Part shown: positions 26,095 to 39,880 of the stretch, piece after piece
Position numbering within the stretch: the first letter of the stretch is position 1
Layout of the letters: every line of letters starts with the position of its first letter
Origin: Malacoraja senta
Taxonomy: Eukaryota
Assembly (NCBI GenBank): GCA_038087875.1
Contig: JAXLNO010000621.1
Location: 1-64,000 of the forward strand
Direction: 5' to 3'
DNA: 64,000 bases
Made by a program: the position numbers and the translations under genes
The notes under the pieces: model-generated
What the model was told of the DNA's origin: nothing
Database searches by the model: none
What the model saw: only the letters and a program-made list of their open reading frames with translations

Positions 26095-26700
26095 CAGCAT
26101 AGAAAGAGCCCCTTCGGCCCAACCTGTTCATACCGACCAAGGTGTCCATCTAGGGTGTAGCATTTGCCTGCATTTGACCCTTATTCCTTGAAACATTTCC
26201 TATCCGTGTATGTCCAAATGTCTTTTAAATATGATCATTGTACCAGCCTCAATCACTTTATCTGGCAGATCGTTTGGGATACATACTACCCACTATATGG
26301 AAAATGTTGCCCATTGGTTTCCCACTAAATCTCACCTTAAATCTACACCCTCTATTTCTTGAATCCCCAACCCCGGAAAACAAAAATTGTGTGCATGCAC
26401 TGTTACTCTGCCCCTCCTTAATTTATATTCTTATATAAGATCATTAGTCTCCTGTGCTCCAAGAAATAGAGTCCTAGCCTTCCCAACTTCTTCCTATAAC
26501 TCACTCCCCCGAGTCCTGGGATCATCCTCTTAAATCTTTTCTGCACTCTTTCTAGCTCGATGTCATCTTTTTGTAGCTGGGAATACGCCGAGTGCATCTT
26601 GTACAACTTGTACAACTGCAACATAAGATCCCAACGTACAATCAAGACCAGCATGTCGAAAGTCGCCTTCATCATCCTGTCCACCTGTGACACCACTTTC
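26095..26700 (-). mobile_element. Old CR1-type LINE 3' fragment
   Basis: Degenerate LERVQKRFKRMIPGL..YRKKLGRLGLYFLEHRRL; 3' tail GGGCCGAAGGGGC. Confidence 0.75.
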
Positions 26701-26948
26701 ATTTTAACTATGTACTCACGATTCCTCATACATTCTCATCCAAATCCTTAATACAGATGACAAACAACAATTGGCCCAGCACCAAGCCACGGGATAATTA
26801 TTTTAAAGCTAATAAAACTAAGCTTACTGGTCCCAAAAGGCTTGCCCATCAACGCTTCAGTCATTCTTCCCAATTTCCTTAGAGTAGGTCAGGTTTTGCC
26901 CTCTCCCTTGTGGGCCTCTCTCTACATATGGCTTAAGGAGATTTTCCT

Positions 26949-27585
26949 AAACATAGAAACATAGAAAATAGGTGCAGGAGGAGGCCATTCGGCCCTTCGA
27001 GCCAGCACCGCCATTCATTGTGATCATGGCTGATCGTCCCCTATCAATAACCCGTGCCTGCCTTCTCCTGCCTACCCCTTGACTCCACTAGCCCCTAGAG
27101 CTCTATCTAACTCTCTCTTAAATCCATCCAGTGATTTGGCCTCCACTGCCCTCTGTGGCAGGGAATTCCATAAATTCACAACTCTCTGGGTGAAAAAGTT
27201 TTTTCTCACGTCAGTCTTAAATGACCTCCCCTTTATTCTAAGACTGTGGCCCCTGGTTCTGGACTCGCCCAACATTGGGAACATTTTTCCTGCATCTAGC
27301 TTGTCCAGTCCTTTTATAATTTTATATGTTTCTATAAGATCCCCATCCTTCTAAACTCCAGTGAATACAAGCCTAGTCTTTTCAATCTTTCCTTATATGA
27401 CAGTCCCGCCATCCCAGGGATCAATCTCGTGAACCTACGATGCACTGCCTCAATCACAAGGATGTCCTTCCTCAAATTAGGAGACCAAAACTGTACACAA
27501 TACTCCAGATGTGGTCTCACCAGAGCCCTATACAACTGCAGAAGAACCTCTCTACTCCTATACTGAAATCCTCTTGTTATGAACA
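26949..27585 (-). mobile_element. CR1 LINE 3' fragment
   Basis: [13 protein letters not shown]...NLWNSLP; (TTTCTATG)n tail. Confidence 0.92.
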
Positions 27586-28329
27586 TATTTGACAAATTCC
27601 ATTGTCTAAGCCCTTGGCACCATGTCAGTCCCTGCCTTCCTTGGGAAAGTTAAGACAACCCTATTCGTCTTGCAACTGCCTTCAATCACATACGCTCGCA
27701 AGTTATAGGAGCAGAATTAGGCCATTTGGCCCATCAAGTCTTCTCCGCCATTCAATCATGGCTGATCTATCTCTCTCAACCCCGTTCTGTTGCCTTCTCC
27801 CCATAACCCCTGACACTCTTACCAATCGAGAATCTGTCAATCTCCGCCTTAAAAATATCCATAGACGACCTCCACAACCGTCTGTGGCAATGAATCCCAG
27901 CATATTTGTTCTTATTCCCATTTACTATTGGGGAGGTACTGTACTGTCCCTACGAGGTTACATAGTAAGATAAGAGAACTAGAATACCAGCTGACCTTTA
28001 TGATAGAGGGTGGGCGTGGAGGGCACGTAATCCCTCAACGTAACTCCTCATAAAATAAAGATCAAACTTCAAACTGGTAAGTTCTCGTTTAATCTTACTA
28101 TTTTACTTCGGAGTCACGTGAGTGACTACGTGAAGATTTTAAAGCTCTGTGATTTCATGCCGTGGAAAACGAGTCCATGCCTCACACACTGCCATAATTG
28201 ACCAATGGAGGAAGTATGTTAACGTATTCAGACATGAATCGGTTATTCAAACACGATGATACATTTATTAACAAAATAATAATGACCCCTAACATTTGGG
28301 GTAAATTATAATACAGAACTTAAAATTGA

Positions 28330-29284
28330 GTCTGCAAACACCCCAGGTCTGGCAACGGGTTTATTATAAAATTGTTGAAAAGTGATTTCTCTAGACCATC
28401 CTGCCAAGGATGTGGTCCATGGGAACTTCCAACATTCTCGCTGCCGATGTTGCTGCAGCCCTGGTGGAATGAGATTTAAAAACATCAGTGTCCACCCCTG
28501 CAGCACCTAAAACCTGTCTAAGCCACCTTGAAATGGTCTGCACGGATACCCTTTTATGAGGCTTTTTATAACTGAGTAACAATGCCATTTCCGTGCCTCT
28601 TAGGTTTTTAGTGACCTCTAAATAATGAAGTAGATGCGTCACTATACACAGACGGAGGTCTATGGGGTGTGCTAGAAACTCCAATTTAAGGCCAGACGAC
28701 CCAGGCCTGTTCTGTTTAACTAATTCAAAAATATAGAAAGTTATTTTGTTCGTTGATATTGCCATAGTGTCCAGTCTTAATTTGTGCAGTGACTGGACCC
28801 GTTGCGCTGAGACTAGTGCCATCAGCATAACTATTTTATATGTTAGTTTTGCAAGAGTCAGGGACGTTGCTGGTGCTCAACCCCTGAGCAGCGTTAAGAC
28901 AATACCAACATCCCAGATCTGGGAGTACCTAGCCCTGGGGGGATTAGTGTTGAAAATACCCTTCATCAGTTTCGATACTAGAGGGTGAGAGCCAACAGCG
29001 TGGTGTCCTGATTCCTGTCCCAAGTAAGATGATAGGGCACTTCTTGCACAGTTAATGGCACTGCAGCTCAGGCCTTCGTCAAAGTGAAGGCTCGCCAAGA
29101 AATCTAGCACATTCGGCACAGTTGTCGTGTTGTATGTGATGTTAGCCCTGGAACAGAATATCTCCCATATCCTTATATATGAAAGATATTGTTTTCTGGT
29201 GGACTCCCAGCATGCCGCCGTGATCATGTTCATGGTTCGATCCGATAGTCCAAATTCCAGGAGTGGTATTTTTAGATTCTGCAA
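28330..29284 (-). pseudogene. DIRS tyrosine recombinase, frameshifted
   Basis: Split over ORFs 28877..29284, 28391..28828 and 28306..28506. Catalytic R...HxxR...Y residues recognisable. Confidence 0.88.
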
Positions 29285-30809
29285 ATCAACAGATTTATCC
29301 TGTCATGGCAAGGGTGACTCTCGCCTGTCACAGGATGAACCAATAAATCCGGGCGATTGGAGATGGGCATACATGGTTCCGAGACCATGTCGAGAACCAC
29401 AGGGAACCATGGCTGAGTATGCCAGTCGGGTACTACCAAAATACCCGACGCGGAGTCTTGTTGTATTTTCCGCAAGACCCGACTGATGAGGCAGAAGGGG
29501 GGAAAATGCATAGAAAAACAATTCTCCCCAGTGCAGCAAGAATGCGTCCATCACCACTGCCCCAGGGTCTGGTTCCCTTGCAACATATGTTGGCAACTGA
29601 TGATTAAGCCTAGATGCGAATAGATCGATATCTGGTGTTCCATACCGAGCTACAATATCAGCAAACACTTGGTGGTCCAACATCCATTCGGTGTTGTCAT
29701 CCAGTTAAATTTCAGATATCGGCGGTGACCCTTCTGTATAGGTACCGAATAGTATGCATCTTTTAGGTCGATGCAAGCCATGAAGTATCCTTTGGAAACC
29801 AATTGTTTGGCAGTAACAAAATATTCCATTTTGAAATGTGTATACTGCACAAACGTATTTAGTTGTGTCAAATCAATGATGATGCGGCATCCACCAATTT
29901 TCTTGTTTTTTGTAAAAATATTAGACACAAACTCAAGAGATTCATGTTGGGATTTCTCAATTACCCCTTTTGCATGTAACCTCAAAAGTTCTGCATGACC
30001 ATCCAATCTTTCCTGTTGTGAAAGCACAAACGTTCGGCTAGGTGCATACTGAACCAGAGGAAGGAGTTTATGAATGAATTCAATTTTATATCCCTGGATA
30101 CTATGCAGTATAAAAGGATCAGAAGTTATGGAACTCCATGCACTCCAAAATAAGTGTAACCTTCCCCCAACTTGTGAAGAACTTACACACCCTGTGTTCC
30201 GGAAGAAACCAGACCCACCTACCTCCATGGTTACCAGTGGAGCTGTGTTCATTTCTTCCGTCCCTGTCTCCTGGGGGGTAGAGGAGCTGGAGTGTGGGGT
30301 TGGCGCATTTTCCATGAAGACCGTTCTGGGCCTTGGCCTAAGAAAGACCTTTGTCCTGTGTGTACGGCCTTCGAGCTTTCACCAGCTTCTGGGTACCGTA
30401 GTCTGCTGGTGGATGCGTAGGGGTGTTGCCGCCGGAGATGTGAGGTCTTGCCAGTTGACGGCGCCTTTATTAGCCCGACGGCCTTTGCCTCCTCATCGAG
30501 GTCCTTGACCTGTTTCGATAGGTTCTCCCCGAAAAGCAGATTAGGCGGCTGCGTGCTGCTGGCCTTGCACAATCCCGCAAATTTGGGGTTTAAGGCAGGT
30601 CGGATCACACTTTTTTCTGAAGCAATTTATTTCAAACTGCGCGTTACAGAAGAGTGCCAGCGCATCTTGCTGTTCATCTGACATTTCCGTTCCGTCGACC
30701 GATCGGGCAAACGCCGTTATACCGGAAACCAGCAGCTTGAGGATTTTTTAAATCTTGATTTCCTGGGCTCTGATGCCACCACCGATATGTCCCCAGATTG
30801 AGGTGTTTA

Positions 30810-33800
30810 GATACATAGATACATAGAAAATAGGTGCAGGAGTAGGCCATTCGGCCCTTCGAGCCTGCACCGCCATTCAATATGATCATGGCTGATCATC
30901 CAACTCAGAAACCCGTACCTGCCTTCTCTCCATACCCCCTGATCCCTTTAGCCACAAGGGCCACATCTAACTCCCTCTTAAATATAGCCAATGAACTGGC
31001 CTCAACTACCCTCTGTGGCAGAGAGTTCCAGAGATTCACCACTCTCTGTGTGAAAAAGTTTTTTCTCATCTCGGTCTTAAAGGATTTCCCCCTTATCCTT
31101 AAGCTGTGACCCCTTGTCCTGGACTTCCCCAACATCGGGAACAATCTTCCTGCATCTAGCCTGTCCAACCCCATAAGAATTTTGTACGTTTCTATAAGAT
31201 CCCCTCTCAATCTCCTAAATTGTAGCGAGTATAAGCCAAGTCTATCCAGTCTTTCTTCATATGAAAGTCCTGACCTCCCAGGAAGCAGTCTGGTGAACCT
31301 TCTCTGCACTCCCTCTATGGCTATAATGTCCTTCCTCAGATTTGGAGACCAAAACTGTACGCAATACTCCAGGTGTGGTCTCACCAAGACCCTGTACAAC
31401 TGCAGTAGAACCTCCCTGCTCCTATACTCAAATCCTTTTGCTATGAAAGCTAACATACCATTCGTTCTTCACTGCCTGCTGCACCTGCATGCCTACTTTC
31501 AATGACCGGTGTACCATGACACCCAGGTCTCGCTGCATCTCCCCTTTTCCTAATCGGCCACCATTTAGATAATAGTCTGCTTTCCTGTTTTTGCCAGCAA
31601 AGTGGATAACCTCACATTTATCCACATTATACTGCATCTGCCAAACATTTGCCCACTCACCCAGCCTATCCAAGTCACCTTGCAGTCTCCTAGCATCCTC
31701 CTCACAGCTAACACTGCCCCCCAGCTTAGTATCATCTGCAAACTTGGAGATGTTGCCTTCAATTCCCTCATCCAGTTCATTAAAATAAATTGGAAATAGC
31801 TGGGGTCCCAGCACTGAGCCTTGCGGTACCCCACTAGTCACTGCCTGCCATTGTGAAAAGGACCCGTTTACTCCTACTCTTTGCTTCCTGTTTGCCAGCC
31901 AGTTCTCTATCCACATCAATACTGAACCCCCAATACCGTGTGCTTTAAGTTTGAATACTAATCTCTTATGTGGGACCTTGTCGAAAGCCTTCTGAAAGTC
32001 CAGATACAACACATCCACTGGTTCTCCCCTATCCACTCTACTAGTTACATCCTCGAAAAATTCTATAAGATTCGTCAGACATGATTTACCTTTCGTAAAT
32101 CCATGCTGACTTTGTCCAATGATTTCACCACTTTCCAAATGTGCTGCTATCCCATCTTTAATAACTGACTCTAGCAGTTTCCCCACTACCGATGTTAGAC
32201 TAACTGGTCTGTAATTCCCCGTTTTCTCTCTCCCTCCCTTCTTAAAAAGTGGGGTTACGTTTGCTACCCTCCAATCCTCAGGAACTACTCCAGAATCTAA
32301 AGAGTTTTGAAAAATTATCACTAATGCATCCACTATTTCTGGAGCTACTTCCTTAAGTACTCTGGGATGCAGCCTATCTGGCCCTGGTGATTTATCGGCC
32401 TTTAATCCATTCAATTTACCCAACACCACTTCCCGACTAACCTGGATTTCACTCAGTTCCTCCATCTCCTTTGACCAGATTATTTATGTCTTCCTTAGTG
32501 AAGACGGAACCAAAGTAGTTATTCAATTGGTCCGCCATATCTTTGTTCCCCATGATCAATTCACCTGTTTCTGACTGCAAGGGACCTACATTTGTTTTAA
32601 CTAATCTCTTTCTCTTCACATATCTATAAAAACTTTTGCAGTCAGTTTTTATGTTCCCTGCCAGTTTTCTTTCATAATCTATTTTCCCTTTCCTAATTAA
32701 GCCCTTTGTCCTCCTCTGCTGGTCTTTGAATTTCTCCCAGTCCTCTGATATGCTGCTTTTTCTGGCTAATTTGTACGCATCATCTTTTGCTTTGATACTA
32801 TCCCTGATTTCCCTTGTTATCCATGGATGCACTACCTTCCCTGATTTATTCTTTTGCCAAACTGGGATGAACAATTTTTGTAGTTCATCCATGCAGTCTT
32901 TAAATGGCTTCCATTGCATATCCACCGTCAACCCTTTTAGAACTAATTGCCAGTCAATCTTGGCCAATTCACGTCTCATACCCTCAAAGTTACCTCTCTT
33001 CAAGTTCAGAACCGTTGTTTCTGAATTAACAATGTCACTCTCCATCCTAATGAAGAACTCAACCATATTATGGTCACTCTTGCCCAAGGGGGCACGCACA
33101 ACAAGACTGCTAACTAACCCTTCCTCATTACTCAATACCCAGTCTAGAATAGCCTGCTCTCTCGTTGGTTCTTCTACATGTTGGTTTAGATAACTATCCC
33201 GCATACATTCCAAGAAATCCTCTTCCTCAGCACCCCTGCCAATTTGATTCACCCAATCTATATGTAGATTGAAGTCACCCATTATAACTGTTTTGCCTTT
33301 GTTGCACGCATTTCTAATTTCCTGTTTGATGCCATCCCCAACTTCACTACTACTGCTAGGTGGCCTGTACACAACACCCACCAGCGTTTTCTGCCCCTTA
33401 GTGTTTCGCAGCTCTACCCATACCAATTCCACATCCTCCAAGCTAATGTCCTTCCTTTCCACTGCGTTAATCTCCTCTAACCAGCAACGCTACCCCACCT
33501 CCTTTTCCTTTCTCTCTATCCCTCCTGAATATTGAATATCCCTGGATGTTCAGCTCCCAGCCTTGGTCACCCTGGAGCCATGTCTCCGTGATCCCAACTA
33601 TATCATAATCATTAATAGCTATCTGCACGTTCAACTCATCCACCTTATTACGAATGCTCCTTGCATTGAGACACAAAGCCTTCAGTCTTGTTTTTACAAC
33701 GCTCTTACCCCTTATATTTTTGCCCTGGATTTGTCTGCCTGCCACTTTTAATTTTCACCTTGCTACCTATTGCTTCCGCCCGCATTTTACACCCCTTTGT

Positions 33801-33974
33801 TTCTCTGCTCACCCATTTAAGAACCCCACCACCTCTTATTCTCTGTTTATTATTGTTTTCTTCTTTCCCCCCTACATGTTGGGTCTGAGTGCTTTCCTTC
33901 TCTGCCTCCTGCCTCCTGCCTCACACACTGTCTAATAGCTTTCTCTATTTGAGTCCCTCCCCCCAACCATTCTA
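30810..33974 (-). mobile_element. Long CR1 LINE (APE endonuclease + RT; frameshifted) nested in the DIRS
   Basis: CLNARSIRNK, ITETWL, GDFN and SDHN endonuclease motifs; RT motifs. GTTTA repeated at 30805-30809 and 33975-33979. DIRS gag reads through when the CR1 is removed (VPAVN|TSIWGH). Confidence 0.95.
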
Positions 33975-35962
33975 GTTTACCGCAGGAACATTCAGGGAAA
34001 CACAGTTTTCTGGTGCTAAATACTTAGCAGCTGTGTCGTTCATTACCTGTTCCTGCAGCTGGTTAAATGTGAGGTAATCGATACTGGCAGCCAGCTGTGA
34101 CTGTAACGGCTGTCCTTTTTGCGAGGGCATCGCGAATTTAGAAACCATGCCGAGCAGCTTCTTAGCTTCCTGCACCCCCAGCACACTAGAAGTGTCTTCA
34201 GCCAAACCCCCATCTTCAGAGCCAGCCCAGTAGTGACTCCTTATGCTCCCCTCCGTGGAGAGGGAGACATTTTGCAGCCCTGTACAAGGTGCTGCCGTGG
34301 GTGTCCGAGGAGAACCACGGTGACAAAGCTCCACTTGCTGGAGCATGTCACGTTGGAGCATTTGCTCCATCAACCGCTCCATGCGGGATAAACGGCCACG
34401 GTCGTTACCCGCAGGCGGCGAATCTTCCCGGCCCAAGTGTATGGGCCTATCCGACTTCCATATGGCTTTCCCGCCAGTCCGAGGTATCACTACGGACTGT
34501 GCCGGTACCAAGTCAGAGGTTGCTGACCGCACGGTTAGCGACCCAGGTGAAGTCGGCCGCTGCTGACTGCCCGCACTCCCGCGGTCCTCCGCAGTCAGTT
34601 TCGTTGCGGTCCGTTTGGACTTTGTCTTGGACTTGTCCATGAGTTCTTCGTTCTGAAAAATAATTCGCACAGAACGGAAAACGACCTCAGAATAGTAAAC
34701 TTACCTGCAGGTCCGTTTTAAACCTACCGCTGGAGGAGCAACGCTCCTCCCGCCAGTCGCTGCGCAATGCGTTAGAAGATATGACGCGCATGCGTGCTGG
34801 CGGGGTCTTCACGTAGTCACTCACGTGACTCCGAAATAAAATAGGATTATGGCTGGTCTAATTGTAACTGCAACTCTGCATTTCCATCAGCCCAAAATAA
34901 TATTTCACCCTCTGAGCAAGAATCAGACTCTTGGCTCCACCTCCTTTTGAGAAGGACTGTTCTGAGAGAAAAAGATTTGCCTCATTATCCAAACCCCTTT
35001 TAAATATTGACCCTGAGTTCAAGATGCTCCTACCCACCCACACCTCGACCTACCCACACCCTCCCTATCCTTCGGAATGTTGTATATTTCAATCAAGTCG
35101 TCTTAACTCCAGCAAATACATGTCTGGTATCTCTAATGTTTCTTCTAAGACAACACACGTGTTCCAGACTCAATAAAGTAAGCCACTTCTGACTGGTTGC
35201 AATGCATTGACTGCCTCCCATTGGGAAATCAGTACTGTGCTCCGTACTCCAGATGCTGTATGTGACTGAAGCACAGCTCCTCTACTTCTGTATTAAGTTG
35301 CCCTGGCGATAAATGATATTCTGCCGGCATTCTAATTATTCACTGGAGCTTTATTGTACTCATGGGCATTCATCTCCATCTCAAAGCTCAGCAATCTCTC
35401 ATTATTTATATCATATGCTCAGTTGTTCAAATGAGTTTAAGAATAAAACACACAACGACATAAAAGTTAGCATAAAAGCAACGACACACAACCATATAAA
35501 GGTTAACATAAACATCTACCACAGCGGATTCCACATTCCTCACTGTGATGGAAGGCAATTAAAAATCCTCCAACATAAAGAGTTATAGAACTCACCTAAC
35601 TCTTTATGTTGGAGGATTTAGTACATGTGACAATAAATTGACCTTGAAACCTTGAAATTAAAAAAAACGTGGGACAGCTTCAGGTATTGGAGAAAAACGG
35701 ATGCATTTATATATCACCTTCAATGAAGAATTCAGGATGCCTCTTAGTATATTGCAGCCAAATAAGTCATTTTGAAATTTAGAGACATTTTTACTGTGAA
35801 TAATGTGCCCTTCCAGCGAACTTGCTTTCATGTATTCAGTTTAGCATTTCTATTTCTATTTTTGAATAGAGAGAACTGCAGTTTTTGTTTCACTTACTTT
35901 TCACTTTTCTTTGTAATCTGTCAGCATTCGATAAATATTCTTAAACAGGTCTGAGATTTGTT

Positions 35963-36272
35963 AGGGCGGCACAGTGGTGTAGCGGTAGAGCTGCTGCCTG
36001 ACAGCGCCAGAAACCCAGGTTCAAATCTGACTCTAGGTGCTATCTGTACGGAGTGTGTATGTTCTCCCTGTGACTGTGTGGGTTTTCTCCGGGTACTCTG
36101 GTTTCCTCCCAAACTCCAAAGACATACAGGTTTGTAGGTTAATTGGCTTTGGTAAAATTGTAAATTGTCCCTAGTATAGAGGATATTGTTAGTGTACAGC
36201 GAGATTGCTTGTCGGCGCCGACTCGAGCTAAAGGGCCTGTTTCCACGCTGTAGCTCTAACGTCTAAAGTAAA
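35963..36272 (+). mobile_element. tRNA-derived V-SINE (HE1-like)
   Basis: Same consensus as the other copies. Confidence 0.88.
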
Positions 36273-36449
36273 GTTTAAATCTTGGGGTTTCTACCTCTGC
36301 ATTCCTTCCCTGTCTTCAATACAACTTTTGTCATATCCAGCATGCTTCAAGCTGGATGTTGCTCCAGCTATCCATGACATCAATGTCACTGCTCTCATCC
36401 TTTCCATGATCTTTTTTTGTAATATTGGAAATCCTGCATAGTTTCCTGG

Positions 36450-37330
36450 TGACACAGGAACTGCAAATGCTGGAATCTTGAGTAAAACACAGTGTTGGAG
36501 TAACTCAGTGGGACAGACAGCGTTTGTGAATGGAAAGGAAGACAATATTTTGAGTCGGGACCATTCTTCAGACTGATAGTAGTAGGGGAATGAAAGCTGG
36601 AAAAGAGATGTTTTTCCACTCCTACTGTATGTCCTCTTTCTTTAGTAAATGTGGTTTCCCCTCTGCTATAGTGATGGAACCTTTGCCTGTTTCAACTGTG
36701 TCCCACAATTAGGCTCTTGTTCCCCCTCCAGAGGGAATGAGTAGTTTCCCAGGTCTTTCATCTCGTTAGCCTCTGCATCCAACACTTCATTCTCCAACAC
36801 TTCTGCCACCTTCAATGTGATGCCACCACCAGTCACATCTTGCCATTCCCATCCCCACCCCTTTCCACTTTACACAGAGACCACTCACTCCACAACTCTT
36901 TGGATCACTCATCACTCCGCACACAAACCACACATTCCCCGGGTACTTTCCCCTGCAACTGCAGGAGATATACCACCTGTCCAGACACCACCTCTCTCAT
37001 ATCCATCCAGAGATCCTACATGCCCATCCAGATAGACAGAGGTTAACATGCACCTCTTCTAATCTCATCCACTGCATTTGTGCTTGCGATGTGGCCTCCT
37101 TTACATCGGCGACTACTTCTGTTTTGTGCTGAACACTTGTGCCCGATCCAGCATGGCATGGATCTCCTGCTTACTAACCATTTTAACTCCATCTCAATCC
37201 CATACTGAGGTTTCTATCCTGGGCCACATTGCCAGAGTGAGGTGACATGCAAACTGGAGAAACAGAATCTTGTATTCCGTGTGGGTAGCTTACATCCCAA
37301 TGGACATTGAATTCTCCAATGTTAAGTAAC
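36450..37330 (+). mobile_element. Degenerate Penelope-like element with inverted 5' pLTR
   Basis: 36450-36610 is a minus-strand pLTR. 36615-37330 is plus-strand sequence homologous to the RT-end/GIY-YIG region at 7280-8010 (PGTFPCNCRR..TC). Confidence 0.75.
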
Positions 37331-37743
37331 ACTCCTACTCTTCCTCCTTTTACATCATTCAAATTTGATATAATTGTTAGTAAATTGGAAACTTTAATAA
37401 AAGCACCAGTTTTACACTCATCTCCCATTTCTGTAATAATTGAGGAAATAAATTCTTATGATCCACAATAGTATTAACAAGATTTTTGGAATATAATTTA
37501 ATACTTTAACACTGCCATCTTGCTCCACAATATCATTATTGCTCGAGCTTTGTGTTTAGATTCTCCTAACGTGAGCATTTAAATTTGTTGCATTCTATTC
37601 TGTTTGAATGCCGGTCACCTATTGGGCACTCAGCACAGAGAAACTGCACATGGCTCTGGGCATATTTTGTATTTTGTTTCAAATCTGTTCAATGAACAAG
37701 ACAGCAATAAATTGAAACAAACAAACATGCGTGCACAGGGTAA

Positions 37744-38408
37744 AGGGCCTGTCATTTGCGCCTCATTTACGCGTCATATGTAAAATAGGTCGGCGCGACG
37801 TCACGGGCAAATCACGCGTCATCATGCATCAGCACAGTCGTCTGGTGCGCGTGACGTCATTAGAACACCCTGCTTCCCTATTCTGCATCATGACCATCTT
37901 GGACGAACTACAGATTTTATTGCTACAGCAACAACAGAGACGTCTGTTAGCAACAGTCCTCATACTTACAGATCAGCCAGGCAGGAGTACAACAAGAGAG
38001 GCTAGCAAGAAACCCAGGAAGAGGTCTGTGTGGACGAGGTTAGAGGTTACACGACGCGTAAAAGGCGGGCCGACTGCATATGGGCGTCGCGCGGCGTCGC
38101 ATGTTTACGGACGTTGATGCAACCATGCGTCACCACGCGATACAGCGTGCGACGCCAATGCATCAGCGTGCGTAGCCAATGTGTTAGCGTGCCAACGCGA
38201 TGCGGCACGCAGGTGGCGCGCGAGGATTTTGTTACACTGCGAAATCCTGGAGCGCCGCGTGATACCACACACCACTGCATGCGATTCCACGCCTCACCAT
38301 GCGCAATGCGTGTGTCACCCACGCACACCCCATGCGTCACGACGTGTTGACCTATTTTACATATGACACGTAAATGAGAAGAAATTACAGCCAAGTGGGA
38401 CAGGCCCT
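37744..38408. mobile_element. PIF/Harbinger-type MITE / deletion derivative
   Basis: TIR AGGGCCTGTC...GACAGGCCCT, TAA on both sides (37741-37743, 38409-38411), long subterminal inverted repeats. Confidence 0.8.
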
Positions 38409-38644
38409 TAACTGTAAACATCCTTGATTTGATAAGATCATTCAGATCCTGTTCAAGACAGCTGCCACCAATTCAACAACAAATCAAACACTAAGTTCAT
38501 GTTTCTTTTGTCTTTAGTTGTTTACTGAGTAAATTAAGAATCCAAGTCACCTTTGTCTTTCCCCATGTGCTAAATTCTATTGTCGAGTTATAGTAATATG
38601 TGGGATAAGGTTTTGTGTGTGGAATAAGACAACTACTTACCAGG

Positions 38645-39880
38645 GTTAGTTTGAGTTTAGTTTAGTTTAATGTCACGTGTACAGAGGTGCAGTGAAAAGC
38701 TTTTGTTGTGTGCTAACCAGTCAGCGGAAAGACAATACATGGTTACAGTTGAGTCATTCACAGTGTATAGATACATGATAAAGGGAAAATCATTTAGTGC
38801 AAGATAAACACAGTAAAGTCTGATCAATGATAGTCCAATGATAGTCCAAGGGTCTCCAATGAGGTAGATAGCAGTTCAGGACTGCTCTCTAGTTGTGGTG
38901 GGATGGTTCAGTTACCTGATAACAGCTAGGAAGAAACTGTTCCTAAATCTAGAGGTGCGTAGGAAAGAACTGCAGATGCTGGTTTACACCGAAGATAGAC
39001 ATAAAAACTGGAGTAACTCAGCGGGACAGGCAGCATCTCTGGAGAGAAGGAATGGGTGAAATTTCGAGTCGAGACGTGTTTTCACATTTCCATACCTTTT
39101 GCCCGAGGGAAGAAGTGGGAGTGGCCAGGGTGCGACTTGTCCATGATTATTCTGGTGGCCTTGTTGAGATAGAGTGAGGTATAAATGGAGTCAATGGAAG
39201 TGAGGTTGGTTTGTGTGATGGTCTGGACTGCGTCCACTATTCTCTGCAATTTCTTGCGATCTTGGATGGAGCTGTTCCCTAACCAAGTTGTGATGCATCC
39301 CGATAAAATGCTTTCTACAAACGTTCTGTAAAAGTAGGTGATAGCTGTTGGGGATATGTCAAACTTCCTAAGCCTTCCAAGGAAATAGAGGCCTTGTGTG
39401 TTTTCTTGGCCATTGCTTCAATATGGGTGGTCCATGAGATGTTGTTGGTGATATTTACTCCTAGAAATTGGAAGTTTTCAACCATCTCTACTTTGGCGCA
39501 TCAATGGAAACCGGGGTATGTGTACCGCTTTGCTTCCTGAAGTCGATCACTATCTCCTTTGTCTTGCTGACATTGAGAGAAAGGTTGTTGTCTCGACACC
39601 AGGTCTCAAGGTTCTCGGTCTCCTTCCTGTACTCCCTCATCATTATTTGTAATCTTGCCCACAATAGTGATTTGGTCTGCAAAGTTATGAATTGAATTAG
39701 ATTTGTACAGGCTTGCACGGTCGTGGGTGAGCGAGGAGAAAAGAAGGGGATTGAGAACGCATCCTTGCAGAGCACCAGTGTTGAGGATTATCGCAGAGGA
39801 TAATTCTTCCCCCATATCCTCACTGGTCAAGAATTTGAGGATCCAGTTGCAGTGATGAGTGCGGACTCCAAGTTCCACGG
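38645..39880 (-). mobile_element. Rex1/Babar-like LINE 3' fragment (with nested pLTR at 38960-39075)
   Basis: GALQGCVLNPLLFS, FADQITIVGKI and WCRDNNLSLNVSKTKEIVIDFRK; (TAAAC)n-type tail. Confidence 0.8.

Larger units (their letters stand above)
27962..34843 (-). mobile_element. DIRS-type tyrosine-recombinase retrotransposon (defective; CR1 inserted in gag)
   Basis: gag-like 33972-34670 and 30249-30800; RT N-terminus 29700-30200 (KKIGGCRIIIDL, IDLKDAYYSVPI); methyltransferase-like domain (DLFASRLN, FPPF, VVPDWHTQPWFP); YR 28330-29284 (SAQRVQ, HSTRAAATS, FYNKP). ATA at both ends; internal complementary region at 28073-28136. Confidence 0.92.
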
